Below, one piece after another: positions 1 through 11,250 of a DNA stretch of 41,803 nt (positions are counted from its first letter, which is position 1; every line of letters starts with the position of its first letter). This DNA comes from Octopus sinensis. Taxonomy: Eukaryota. The notes under the pieces are model-generated. The model was not told the origin of the DNA. It saw only the letters and a list, made by a program, of their open reading frames with translations, and did no database searches. The stretch spans positions 1 to 41,803 of the forward strand of contig NW_021835107.1 in the NCBI RefSeq assembly GCF_006345805.1, written 5' to 3'. The position numbers were made by a program, and so were the translations under genes.

Positions 1-106
1 GTATACACATAGTGGTTCGGCAAAAGAGAACGATAGAATAAGTACTAGGCTTACAAAGAATAACAAATTTACAAGTATTAAGGTGTGATACATTTTTTGG
101 GGACAC

Positions 107-186
<80 letters not shown>

Positions 187-205
187 CATACATACAGACA
201 GACAT

Positions 206-700
206 ATTTTATTTCTCTGAGTTTCAGACTAAGAACTGCAGGCACGCTGGGCACCTCCGTTTACTCTGTTACACATTCACTAAACCTCCTCTGATATGTG
301 ACATTTGGCTGATGAAGGGGTTTGACATTGCTGACCTCATCTGTGTTTCTTGCTTTGTAGTAGGTTCATCGGGAACTCTTGACAGAAGGAGATCTAGTTT
401 TGTTTTGAAAAAGCCTACATCCCCGCCATGCAGGTCTCCCAGGTTTTGTGGGTAGATATCGAAGAGCTGTGAGCCTTTGAAACCCATGCCGTTGTAGTAT
501 CTGCACAAGTATCCTGATGGTGATTTTGGTTCATTTGGTACCATGCAGTAGCGCACCGTTTTTCTGTTTGTATCAGTGACAACGCCAAAGTTTGGAACAA
601 GTTTTTCTAGGATTTTCTAGATGTATATTACAGTATATCTTTCCCGCCTTCGCTCCAGAGAGCAGAGTCTTAAACTCTTTCAGTCTCTCCCAGTAACTGA
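206..700 (-). mobile_element. 3' end of a CR1/L2-group LINE: degenerate ORF2 C-terminus plus 3' tail
   Basis: Minus-strand translation ...GFKGSQLFDIYPQNLGDLHGGDVGFFKTKLDLLLSRVPDEPT...SN.. resembles the C-terminus of non-LTR reverse transcriptase ORFs (FKxxLDxxLxxVPDEP). Stop at 269-271, followed by a short tail ending in AATAAAAAT. Upstream part (600-700) has stops and frameshifts. Confidence 0.75.
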
Positions 701-855
701 TATGTTACATTGTATCGATCTTCCTGGTGTAGCTTCGCTAGATCGCCTCAAGTTCCGTTGTTAATTTTACACTGTTTGGTAACCACAGTTAGGAGCAGTA
801 ATTCAGATGGCTGAGAGCAAAAGTCCGCCAAAGGACCATCATTGTTTTCTTTTCT

Positions 856-916
856 TATTTCTTTATTGCCCACAAGGGGCTAAACATAGAGGGGACAAAC
901 AAGGACAGACAAACGG
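856..916 (-). mobile_element. SINE family A, 3' fragment
   Basis: Matches the 3' end (TTTGTCTGTCCTTGTTTGTCCCCTCT..TTTAGCCCCTTGTGGG.AATAAAGAAAT) of the many family A copies in the window. Confidence 0.8.
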
Positions 917-1315
917 GCTATCCTTTACTGGAAAGCAATACTCTCGCATTGCATTACTATTTTCATTGAAACTTCTTCACTGTTCTCGTTCTGTAACGTT
1001 TTGGCGTTCAGACGAGTGTACTGGCATAGATAGGCAACATTTGAAAATATTTGTCGAGGTAATGGTAGCTGATGAAGATAAATCAATATACGTTGGCAGA
1101 CGTATTTTAAGAATCGAAACCAGTACTGCATTTATCCGTTTCTAGGTATTTCATTTTTCAGATGTTCTTTCTAGATGTAAGACAATTTTCTTCATGTGTG
1201 TTGCACACACGCATCTTACTAGTACATACGCAGTGAAGCTATACATTAGCGTCGATTTATTACGTTCGCTATTTTCCAGTAAATATCGGTGCTTCGTTGT
1301 GCCATTTATTTACTT

Positions 1316-1372
<57 letters not shown>

Positions 1373-1378
1373 ATATAT

Positions 1379-1582
1379 GAACTGAATCCAAACAAGAAAG
1401 TACAAAAACACAACAACACGAAGACGTGGAACAAATATAGTATTATTGGACGCTCAGGAAAGAAGGAAAGAAGGAGGGTTTAACGTTTCGAGCGGAGCTC
1501 TTCGTCGGAAACATAGGAGAAGGAAAGGTCCAGAGAAGGGAAGGACAGAGGAAAAAAATCGCCAACGGTACACACCGGTCAC
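1379..1582 (-). mobile_element. Short non-coding element F between two (TA)n tracts, carrying a hammerhead-like motif
   Basis: About 200 bp and closely similar to 26451-26671 in the opposite orientation. Both copies are flanked by (TA)n. Confidence 0.75.
1478..1512 (-). ncRNA. Minimal type-I hammerhead-ribozyme-like motif (U4C core variant)
   Basis: GTTT-CCGACGA-A-GAGC-TCC-GCTC-GAAAC-GTT-AAAC. Stem I GTTT/AAAC, stem II GAGC/GCTC, palindromic AACGTT stem III, GUU triplet. Confidence 0.55.
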
Positions 1583-1627
1583 ATATATATATATATATTA
1601 TATATATATATATATATATATTATATT

Positions 1628-2815
1628 AGGACAGTTGCCATAGTAACGATACTAAAGCACGCAGAGTAAAGGTACTTCACACAGATTGACCATGAACGCT
1701 GTTGTTCATGCGCACAAAGTAATAATGTTCTAGCTAACTTCCGCTGTTTACAGCAGTGCTTGAAAGGAAGATGCGTAGCGTGTGATCGTCACATTGATCA
1801 TGAGAAAGTAAGTTGTCGTGGTGATACCTGCTCAGAGGCCTACGCAAAGTTGCAGAAAGTGTATGGAGAGGCGTGTATGAGCCACACACAAGTGTACGAG
1901 TCGTTCAGACGTTTCCAAGATAGTCGAAAAAAATGTCGATATTGACGAACATTCTCGGAGACCAGGAACCAGTGGAACTGAGAAAAACATCGCTGTAGTG
2001 CATGCGGCTGTGAGGGAAAATCATCGAACCCCCGTCCGTGAGTTATAAGAGGATGCGCAGATTAGTTAGGGTTCAGTTCAGTCCGTTATCATTGAAGATT
2101 TGGGTCGACTCTGCCTTTCATCCTTTCGGGGTCGATAAATTAAGTACCAGTTATGCACTGGGGTCGATCTAATCGACTTAATCCCTTTGTATGTCCTTGT
2201 TTGTCCCCTCTGTGTTTAGCCTCTTGTGGGCAATAAGGAAATAAGAATCGTTCGCACGCCGTGCGAAATGCTTAGCAGTATTTCGTCTATTTTTACGTTG
2301 TGAATTTAAATTCCGTCGAGGTCGACTTTGCCTTTCGGGGTCGATAAATTAAGTACCAGTTTCATACTGGGGTCGATGTAATCTACTAGTCCTTTCCCCC
2401 AAATTTCAGGCCTTGTGCTTTTAGTAGAAAGAATTAGCACTTCCCATCTACGTGTCTGCCAAGTTTGTGCCAAAACTGCTTTCAGCTGTCCAAAAAGACA
2501 TTCAGGTTTCCGTTGCACAAGATCTCCTTGATTGTGTCGAGAACGATGAAAACTCTTTGAAAACTTTGCGTAGGTCTCTGAGCAGTTATCGCCACACTCT
2601 TTGCTCAACTTTCTCTGTCATGGTCAATGTGACGATCACATACTACACACCTTCCTTCCAAGCACTGCTGTAAACAGCGGAAGCGAGCTAGAACGTTAAA
2701 ACATTCGTTAAAACGAATGCACAGCAGTGTTCAAGGTCAATCCGTGCCAAGCGGCTTCACTCTGTGTGCTATAACTTCGTTATGATGGCAACAATCCGGA
2801 TACTTATTGATCAGA

Positions 2816-2818
<3 letters not shown>
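1628..2818 (+). mobile_element. Defective mariner (Tc1/mariner) with ~230-bp inverted arms, interrupted by SINE A
   Basis: N-terminal transposase remnant GDTCSEAYAKLQKVYGEACMSHTQVYESFRRFQD..DEHSRRPGTS..IIEDLG/[SINE]/RVSAKFVPKLL, with stops and a frameshift. 2562-2800 is the diverged reverse complement of 1628-1860. TIR-like end TCCGGATACTTATTGATCAGACC. Confidence 0.85.
2103..2435 (+). mobile_element. Two partial SINE A copies nested in the mariner
   Basis: Family A core GGTCGACT.TGCCTTTCATCCTTTCGGGGTCGATAAATTAAGTACCAG present twice; splits the transposase frame between EDLG and RVSAKFVP. Confidence 0.85.
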
Positions 2819-2852
<34 letters not shown>

Positions 2853-3135
2853 ACACACACACTCACTTACACACGCACACATATACTTATAAATATATGT
2901 CTGCTTTTGCATCTATATGCTCACACACGAACACACACACACATAGTTGTAGGTATGTATAATACACATGTGTGTAAGGATGTGCATACAATTTGTCTTA
3001 ATAGTTATTAGTGTGTGAGCATCATGTGTGTCCCAGGAGAGTTTTAATTATCAAATTCTTTTCAAAAAGGACCTCTTACGCTTATACAACTTGGCCTTGG
3101 AACTGAAGACAATGACTAACTTTCAGGAATTAATA

Positions 3136-3156
3136 TTAATAATAATAATAATAATG

Positions 3157-3196
<40 letters not shown>

Positions 3197-3243
3197 TAAT
3201 AATAATAATAGTAATAATAATAATGATAATAATAACAATAACA

Positions 3244-3287
<44 letters not shown>

Positions 3288-3530
3288 CATCATTATTATT
3301 ATTACTACTGTTGTTGCTGTTGTTGTTTGTTGTTGTTGTTGTTGTTATTATTATTATTATTTTATTTTGATTATTTTATTATTATCATTATTTTATTATT
3401 ATTATTATTATTATTATTATCATATTATTATTATTATTATTATATATTATTATCATTATTATTATTATTATTATTATCATTATTATTATCATTATCATTA
3501 TTATTATTATTATCATTATTATCATTATTA

Positions 3531-3570
<40 letters not shown>

Positions 3571-3586
3571 CATTATTATTATTATT
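3136..3586. repeat. Compound (AAT)n then (ATT)n/(GTT)n microsatellite
   Basis: Read directly from the sequence. Confidence 0.95.
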
Positions 3587-3651
3587 GAGTGAGAGAGCAG
3601 TGCATGCCATCAAAGTGACACTGGGGTAAAATATACAAAGCCCAGTATACC
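3587..3651 (-). mobile_element. Truncated end of the ~555-bp (AAT)n-associated element
   Basis: GAGTGAGAGAGCAGTGCATGCCATCAAAGTGACACTGGGGTAAAA matches 14441ff and the reverse complement of 9136ff; abuts (ATT)n. Confidence 0.85.
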
Positions 3652-3799
3652 CACAGTCGACGGTCAGTGAGCTATAAAAAATTGTTTTTTAAATTATTAT
3701 CATTATTGTTATTATTATTATTATTATTATTATCATTATTATTATTATCATTATTGTTTTTTTTGTTGTTGAATTAGGGTTACAAGAAAAATGTGTCTG

Positions 3800-4060
3800 T
3801 CTGTCTGTCTAAAGACCTCGCACTACACTTACCATTGACAAAGCAGATTTTTCCTGACGGATGTGATGTAATTTGAAACCGCGCCCAGTCTAGTCATATT
3901 ACGGCCCACGCAGATCTCTTAAGTTTTTACGCTTTTGTATTGTTCGCTTTCTTGAATAACTCGTGTGAAGGTTTCTTTTATGAGTCTGCTGATTTTCTTA
4001 CTGTTTTTTTTTAATATTCTTTATTGCTCACTGACCGTCGACTGTGAGCTATTTGTTGGT
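3800..4060. repeat. Unclassified interspersed repeat (second diverged copy at ~9190-9410)
   Basis: Shared CATTGAC.AAGCAG.TTTTCC.GACGGATGTGATGTAATT.GAAACC and TTTTGTATTG blocks at both loci. Confidence 0.55.
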
Positions 4061-4369
4061 GTACAACAACAGACCAGCTTATATTAAAGCACGCTGAGGG
4101 CTACCCTTACACTCGGCAAACACACACTTACTTATAACTGCGTATATTTCTATGCGCATGTGTGTGCGTATATGTGTGTTACAAACACACCACACACACA
4201 CACACACACACTAAGTGCTAGAGATACATACATTCACATACACACACACGTAACCACGCTCAACTTTACATATACAAACCAACGCTGTGATACTCTGCAT
4301 TCACACTCACAAGTGGACTCAACATCCATAGATTCATACTAACACACATACATATACATACATGAAATC

Positions 4370-4400
<31 letters not shown>

Positions 4401-4483
4401 GAGTGCGTGTGAGTGTGTGTATATTATATATATATAGATATATATATATATTATATATATACGCACACGCTCACATAGTCTTG

Positions 4484-4994
4484 TGCGTTTCAGTCCAGGT
4501 GGCCATGCTGGAGTACCACCTTTAGTCGAACAAATGCCCCCACCCCACCCAGCACTTAATCTTTGTAAGCCTAGCACTTATTCTGTCGGTCTCTATATCA
4601 AGCCGCTAACTTACGGGACGTAAACACACCACAGCGGTTGCCAACGATGGTGGGAGGGACAAACACGGACACGCGAACATATACATACATACAACCCACT
4701 ATATATACATTTAATATATATAAGATATATATATATATATATCTATATATATATATATATGCATGTGTGTATATATATATATATATATATGTATATGTAT
4801 GTGTGTGTATACATATATATGTGTATGTACGATAGTCTTCTTTCAGTTTCCGTCTATCAAATCCACTCACGAGGCTTTGGTCGGTTCAAGGCCATAGCAG
4901 AAAACATTTGCTCAAGGTGCCACGCAGTGGGAAGTGAACCCGGAAACATGTGGCTGGGAAGCAAGGCTCTTACCACACAGCCACGCCTGCGCCT
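4484..4994 (-). mobile_element. SINE family B (tRNA-like head, CORE-like segment, internal (TA)n/(TG)n)
   Basis: Minus strand reads AGGCGCAGGCGTGGCTGTGTGGTAAGA..GGTTCACTTCCCACTGCGTGGCACCTTGAGCAAATG.., then an internal microsatellite and the tail GGTGGTACTCCAGCATGGCC..CTGAAAC. Confidence 0.85.
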
Positions 4995-5027
4995 ATATAC
5001 ATAAACAAAATAAAACAAATCACCCGC

Positions 5028-5063
<36 letters not shown>

Positions 5064-5079
5064 TATATATATATCTTGT

Positions 5080-5245
5080 GGAGGCGCAATGGCCTAGTGG
5101 TTAGGGCAGCGGACTTGCGGTCGGAGGATCGCGGTTTCGATTCCAGACCGGGCGTTTGTGTGTGTTTATTGAGCGAAAACACCTAAAAGCTCACGAGGCT
5201 CCGGCAGGAGGTGGTGGTGATCCCTGCTGTACTCTTTCACCACTC
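5080..5245 (+). mobile_element. SINE family C (tRNA-Arg-like head)
   Basis: GGAGGCGCAATGGCCTAGTGGTTAGGGCAGCGGACTTGCGGTCGGAGGATCGCGGTTTCGATTCC contains A- and B-box-like motifs. Body shared with 6895-7185, 29392-29635 and 37141-37325. Confidence 0.8.
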
Positions 5246-6136
5246 TAAAGGCGGTGCTCCAGCATGGCCGCAGTCAAATGACTGAAACAAGTACAAAAAA
5301 ATATATATATATGTATATATATATAAATGGCGGTGCCCCAGCATGGCCACAGCTTGTGAGCTGAAACTAAATAAAATAAAATTTAAAAATAAAAAAATAT
5401 ATCCACACTAGCTCAGATATATTTACACAACAGCATTTTCTTCGTCTTTTATTCACGCTTAGAAATGCACTCTAACATGCACGAACACATACATACAAAC
5501 CTACTTGCTCACACACACACATATACACACTTCCATACATATACACACACACAGCCACAGATCTTACATTACTGACACATGCTTACACGCGTCGATGCAA
5601 GGAATACATACATACACACACACACAAACGTTGTTATAAATAAAAACACCTGCGCCAAATTTAGTGTGTGCGTGTTAGTCAATGTGAAGTGTGTGTGTGT
5701 ATAGACGTGTGTCTGTGTATGGGTTTGTGTGTGCATTTGGGGGGGGGGGCGTGCGTGTGTGTGTGTGTGTGTGTGTGTAAAATTTCAAATGGCTACCAAA
5801 GAGAAAAACTATAAAAATGAAAGACAGTTTCTTTCTCACAAAGTGCGTGACTGTACTTCTTTCTTTCTCCCCCGTCTCTCTCTCTCTCTCTTTCTGTCTT
5901 TCTCTCCCTCTCTGTCTCTCCGTCTCTCTCTCTCTCTCTCTCTGAGTGGTGATTGATTGAATGAATGTGTGTTTGTATGTGTAAATCCGAGGGGGAGAGA
6001 GAGACTGACAGAGAGAGAGAGAGAGAAAGAGAGGAACAGCGAGAGTGTATTATATTGAATATGCACGTGTCGTGTGTATACGTATGTGGTATGTGTGTGT
6101 GTGTACGTATGATTTTTTTTTTGTACTCTTGGCACA

Positions 6137-6404
6137 AGCCCCAAAATTTCAGGGGAGGGAAACAATCAATTAGATCGACCACAGTACTCAACTGGTACTT
6201 AATTTATCGACCCCGAAAGGATGAAAGGCAAAGTCGACCTCGGCAGAATTTGAACTCTGAACGTAACGGTAAACGAAATACCTATTTCTTTACTACCCAC
6301 AAGGGGCTAAACACAGAGAGGACAAACTAGGACAGACGAAGGGATTAAGTCGATAACATCGACCTCAGTTCGTAACTGGTACTTATTTAATCGACTCCGA
6401 AAGG
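6137..6404 (-). mobile_element. SINE family A, partial dimer
   Basis: Two family A cores joined at the recurrent GAAATAGGTATTTCG junction. Confidence 0.85.
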
Positions 6405-6894
6405 AGGAGGAGGTGGAGGTGGAAGATGGGAACGTTACAATACGATATATAATGTATATAAATATAAACAATGGTTAGTATTTAAACAGAAATAAAGCCC
6501 CAAGAGAAATAATGAAATTAATTAGCTATCAATTAGTCAGTATTTCGTAATGATGTCTTCCATTTCGTAAGCTTTCGTGACATGAGAATATCTCAATAGT
6601 CTTTCATTAAGAAATTCTTCCAAAGGCAACACCATTTTCTAGATACGAAATCTACAATCTACTATAATAACACTCTTGTGTATTTCTCCTTCACAACATA
6701 TGAATGAGAAGGGAAGAGGGGTAACAGATGAATAAGGAAGGAAGGGGTGATGGCAAACTGGAAGTGGGATGGTAAACATCCAACGCTGAAAAGAAAAATC
6801 AAACAACGAGTATATGTGTGTGTATGTACAAGGTAAGTATGTGACTGTTTGTATCCGTGATTATTATGTACCTTATTTATATATGTTATTGTTG

Positions 6895-7185
6895 TTGTTT
6901 GTTCCTTCTCGAGCCACGCCTGGGTCATTAGGGCCGGTTTCCTTGGCGTATAGGTTCCTCACCTGTACGGGACGCCGGTCCGTCGCAGGTGAGCTGCAAG
7001 AGGAAAGAGTGAGAGAAAGTTGTGGCGAAAGAGTCAGCAGAATTTTGCCATTACCTTCTACCGGAGCCGCGTGGAACTTAGGTGTCTTTGCTCATAAACA
7101 CACACATCGCCCGGTCTGAGATTCGAAACCGCGATCCCTCGACCGCGAGTCCGCTGCTCTAACCACTAGGCCATGCGCCGCCACT
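6895..7185 (-). mobile_element. SINE family C
   Basis: Reverse complement of the head at 5080 lies at 7110-7185; body matches 29392-29635. Confidence 0.8.
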
Positions 7186-7461
7186 GAAAAAGCAGCGCCA
7201 GATATAGATTGAAATTATTTTATTTCAATCTGTATTTAAGTCTGCAAAAACTATGCATGGTCTAGGATAATAAGGTAAAAGTTTTTATTTTTCAATCACT
7301 TTCGGAATTACGACAATTAGTGGCTTGGAGTTTAACTGCTCTTTCTAGTGAGTCAGATACCCTATTTTTGGGGATATCTCTTATGTGTTTGAATGTACAC
7401 TGTATTCTTCTCTGAAGTATATATATATATATATATACTCTTTTTCTCTTTTTTTTACTCC

Positions 7462-7813
7462 TTTTACTTGTTTCAGTCATTTGACTGCGGCCATGCTGGA
7501 GCACCGCCTTTAGACGAGCAAATCGACCCCGGGACTTATTCTTTGTAAGCCCAGTACTTATTCTATCGGTCTCTTTTGCCGAACCGCTAAGGGAACAAAC
7601 ACAGACACACAAACATATTCACACACACTTATATATATATACATATATACGACAGGCTTCTTTCAGTTTCCGTCTACCAAATCCACTCACAAGGCATTGG
7701 TCGGCCCGGGGCTATAGCAGAAGAGACTTGCCCAAGATGCCACGCAGTGGAATTGAACCCAGAACCATGTGGTTGGTTAGCAAGCTACTTACCACACAGC
7801 CACTCCTGCGCCT
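7462..7813 (-). mobile_element. SINE family B
   Basis: Head, CORE-like block and tail as in 4484-4994. Confidence 0.85.
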
Positions 7814-8487
7814 ATATATATATATATAATACTAAATTCTTTTACTACGTCACGCTGAAGACTGGCGTTTAGTTACGCTCCACTTTCTTACTTCAACGCT
7901 GTTATCATGTAAGCAGATGTCGGACTTCCTTTCTCTTTTTTTCTCTCTTTCTCTCTTCCCCCTCTCTCTCTCAAACTCACGTTCTTTCTCTCTTTCGCAC
8001 TTTCATCACTTTCCTCCTTAACAATAGTCTTCATTTGCCGACTAAGTGAAATGCGTATAATTGAAAAACCTACACAAAGTATACACGATGCACGCAGAAA
8101 TCAAATACAATTACGATTAAACATGAAACGGAATAATATTACACATAATTCCCTTACATAATTAATGTTGATCTTCAGCTAATTTGCATTTTATTTGTTG
8201 CTTCATGGATATGAATATGGCATTTGTTGCGGCGAAATATCAGCTGTTGTCTATATACACACACACACGCGCGCGTATATTTGAATGAGTATTTTTATCT
8301 GCCCATTCATATAGGTTGTGTATTCGTATATATATATGCATGTGGGTGTGTATACATCGTATATGTGAGTGCATGTGTATATTATGCATATCTCAGGACA
8401 GATCTAATTATTAAATTTGTAAAAGTAATCATTTTAGCCATTGCGACTTGGCCTTGAAGCTGGAAACAATCATTAAACCTCACCATC

Positions 8488-8518
<31 letters not shown>

Positions 8519-8533
8519 TAATAATAATAATAA

Positions 8534-8583
<50 letters not shown>

Positions 8584-8585
8584 AT

Positions 8586-9136
8586 AAATGCCTTGATGCA
8601 GTACCAGGCAGTCGCTCCCGTGGCTTCTGATCTTAACTGATTGCAAGTGTTATCATGTACTTTGTTTTGTCTTGGTATAAAAGATGGGCTACAGCAAATA
8701 TTCTGCGCAATACAACAGATTTGCTTGTCAGTTGCTGGATCTTAACCAGTTGAGCATGTCCCTTAGTGGCTGATGATACGTGCATCTCTGATCATGAGCA
8801 GAAGTAGTGGGGGAGCATCATAGCCATGTGTTGAGAGGGATTCTTTGGGGTTTGAATAATTCACCTCTGGAAACATGGGTGGTTCATTCAACATCCTTAA
8901 ACAACCTTTATTCAGGGACCGTTTGAGCGGGATGGGCTACTCGACCAGAAGGAAATTCTAACTGCGCCCCACCTGCAAGGTCATGCGCTGTTTATCTTGA
9001 TATGAGATCACCATGTCGCGCACATATGGTTGTGATGCATGTGCCTGGTGTACCCTTATCAGACGGGTAGTCTGATACTGGGCTTCGTATATTTTATCCC
9101 AGGGTCACTTTGATGGCATGCACTGCTCTCTCACTC
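8586..9136 (+). mobile_element. Full-length ~555-bp non-coding element inserted in (AAT)n
   Basis: Begins AAATGCC after (AAT)n(AGT)n and ends CTCTCTCACTC before (AAT)n; same boundaries as 14441-14997. Confidence 0.85.
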
Positions 9137-9584
9137 AATAATAATAATAATAATGATATTGAAGTATGCTTATAAGGAAAATTTGTCTATTGTCTTCGCA
9201 ATAGACTTTAGCATTGACGAAGCAGGTTTTCCAGACGGATGTGATGTAATTCGAAACCACCCTAGCTTCACGCACACTTATTGGTTTTGCGATTTTGTAT
9301 TGGGTCACTGTCTTGAATTACTATTGTTTTTTGGGGGGTTTTTTGTAATGTATTTGTGGGGTGGGGGTTCGTTTTTTATTGTTAACTGACCAGTGACTGT
9401 AAGGTGTTGTTTTTGAATAATTTGTGTAATAGAGCAACTAACTTTTAAAGTTACACTTGCACGTCACATAGACACATTCTCTTTCACAATCTCGCTCACG
9501 CACACGAATACATATCTTGTATAGACACGCACACATGCATTGGCATACTCACACATGTCACATACATATACTTTCCTACATATT

Positions 9585-10003
9585 CATTTCTTTACTGCCC
9601 ACAAGGGACTATACACAAAAAAGGGACAAACAAGAACAGACAAACGGATTAAGTCGATTATATCGACCCCAGTGCGTAACTGGTACTTAATTTATCGACC
9701 CCGAAAGGATGAAAGGCAAAGTCAACCTCGGCAGAATTTGAACTCAGAACGTAGCGGCAGACGAAATACCTATTTCTTTATTACCCACAAGGGGCTAAAC
9801 ACAGAGAGGACAAACAAGGACAGACAAAGGGATTAAGTCGATTATATCGACCCCAGTGCATAACTGGTACGTAATTTATCGACCCCGAAAGAATGAAAGG
9901 CAAAGTCGACCTCGGCAGAATTTGAACTCAGAACGTAACAGCAGACGAAATACCGCTAAGCATTTTGCCTGACGTGCTAACGATTCTGTCAGCTCGCCGC
10001 CTT
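9585..10003 (-). mobile_element. SINE family A, dimer
   Basis: Head GGCGGCGAGCTGACAGAATCG at the 10003 end; two ~185-bp body units. Confidence 0.9.
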
Positions 10004-10559
10004 ATACATTCCTACATATTAACACACTTGCAAGTATTCTGGCTCTGGCACACACAACATACATGCTAACAATCTCCCAAACGTAGCCCTGCCCATATAT
10101 ATACATGAAGCTACATACTCGCATACACAAATCGCACAAACCAGAAGTGACTGAAACGCTTTTTCAGATCAACCCTATAACGGGTTTTCCATTTTTGAGT
10201 TCAAATTTTGCCGATGTTGTTGAAATAAATATTAATGATACATACAATCGGTAAAATCTACTACATCCCCCTTATTTCACAAACATTTTCTCACCCTATA
10301 ACTGTCAGAAATCAGTTTTAAAGTACCAAAACTGTTGGCACTAGTAGAATGTTGTGGGGAACTAAGCCCAAATCGTCGCAGACTGAGTAGATTTATAGGA
10401 GAGACGTAGTTATTTTGCTACAATGGATAGAATGACTTACCAAATATTAACATACACTCATTGTTTAAACATAACGTAACCAGAATAACAAAACTCAATA
10501 TATGGCTCCACTTTTAAAACAGTGTAACAAGGAATTGTAAGCGGTTATTTCTAGCAATA

Positions 10560-10711
10560 TTGGCAACATTATTTACATTATTTACATTTGACGGATATTT
10601 GTCCTCATCTTGATTGTTATTGACACGTTTCGGCTGATATACCCTCCAGCCTTCTTCAGGTGTCTTGGGGAAATTTGGAACCTCGGTTCTCATTCCTAAG
10701 GTATTTTTCGA

Positions 10712-10712
<1 letters not shown>
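10560..10712 (-). mobile_element. Body and 3' end of element E with a degenerate hammerhead-like fold
   Basis: Minus strand: ATCGAAAAATACCTTAGGAATGAGAACC..GACAC-CTGAAGA-A-GGCTG-loop-CAGCC-GAAAC-GTGTC..(TGTAAATAA)2. The first ~30 nt recur at 11430-11462 after a tRNA-like head. Confidence 0.65.
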
Positions 10713-10742
<30 letters not shown>

Positions 10743-10745
<3 letters not shown>

Positions 10746-11250
10746 TAGTTTTATTTTTATAGCGTGCTTTCACTTCACTACCGAGCGCAGCTCTGTGTGC
10801 CTTGGGTATGTGCTGTGATTTGTTGTGATGCTCTGATGGTTATTGTATGGAAAGTGTTCTGCGTAGGATGTGTGCAGTGCCTAGTAGTGCAATTTTCTGT
10901 ATGTTATATGTGTTTGTAAGTCCTGGTGTTTTTGTTATGTATTTGTCTGAATATTTTTTATCATGCCTAATACACCTACTATGATAGGAATTGTTTCTGT
11001 TTTCAGATTCCACATTCTAGTTACCTCTATTTCCAGGTCTTTGTATTTTGAGAGTTTCTCCATTTCTTTTAGAGACACGTTGTCATCTGCCGGTATTGAT
11101 ACATCAATTAGAAAGCATTTTTTTTCTTCATGATCTCTGACAACTATATCTGGTCTGTTGGCCTTAATTTCTCTATCTGTGTGTATCGGCATATCCCAGA
11201 GTACGGTTGCTTTCTCGTTTTCTGTGACCTTTTCTGGTGTGTGCCTATAC

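Noticed and set aside
3833-3890. TTGACAAAG/CTGACGG..GAAAC, hammerhead-like words (also ~9210-9260)
   Set aside because: No convincing stem II or stem I pairing and no NUH triplet.
5080-5155. tRNA-like sequences here and at 18789, 20226, 37141 and 11333
   Set aside because: No intact acceptor stem or cloverleaf, and each continues into a repeated body; these are SINE heads, not tRNA genes.
10168-10250. INPITG..VEININD looks cadherin-like
   Set aside because: Motif spacing is far too short for a cadherin repeat; treated as coincidence.
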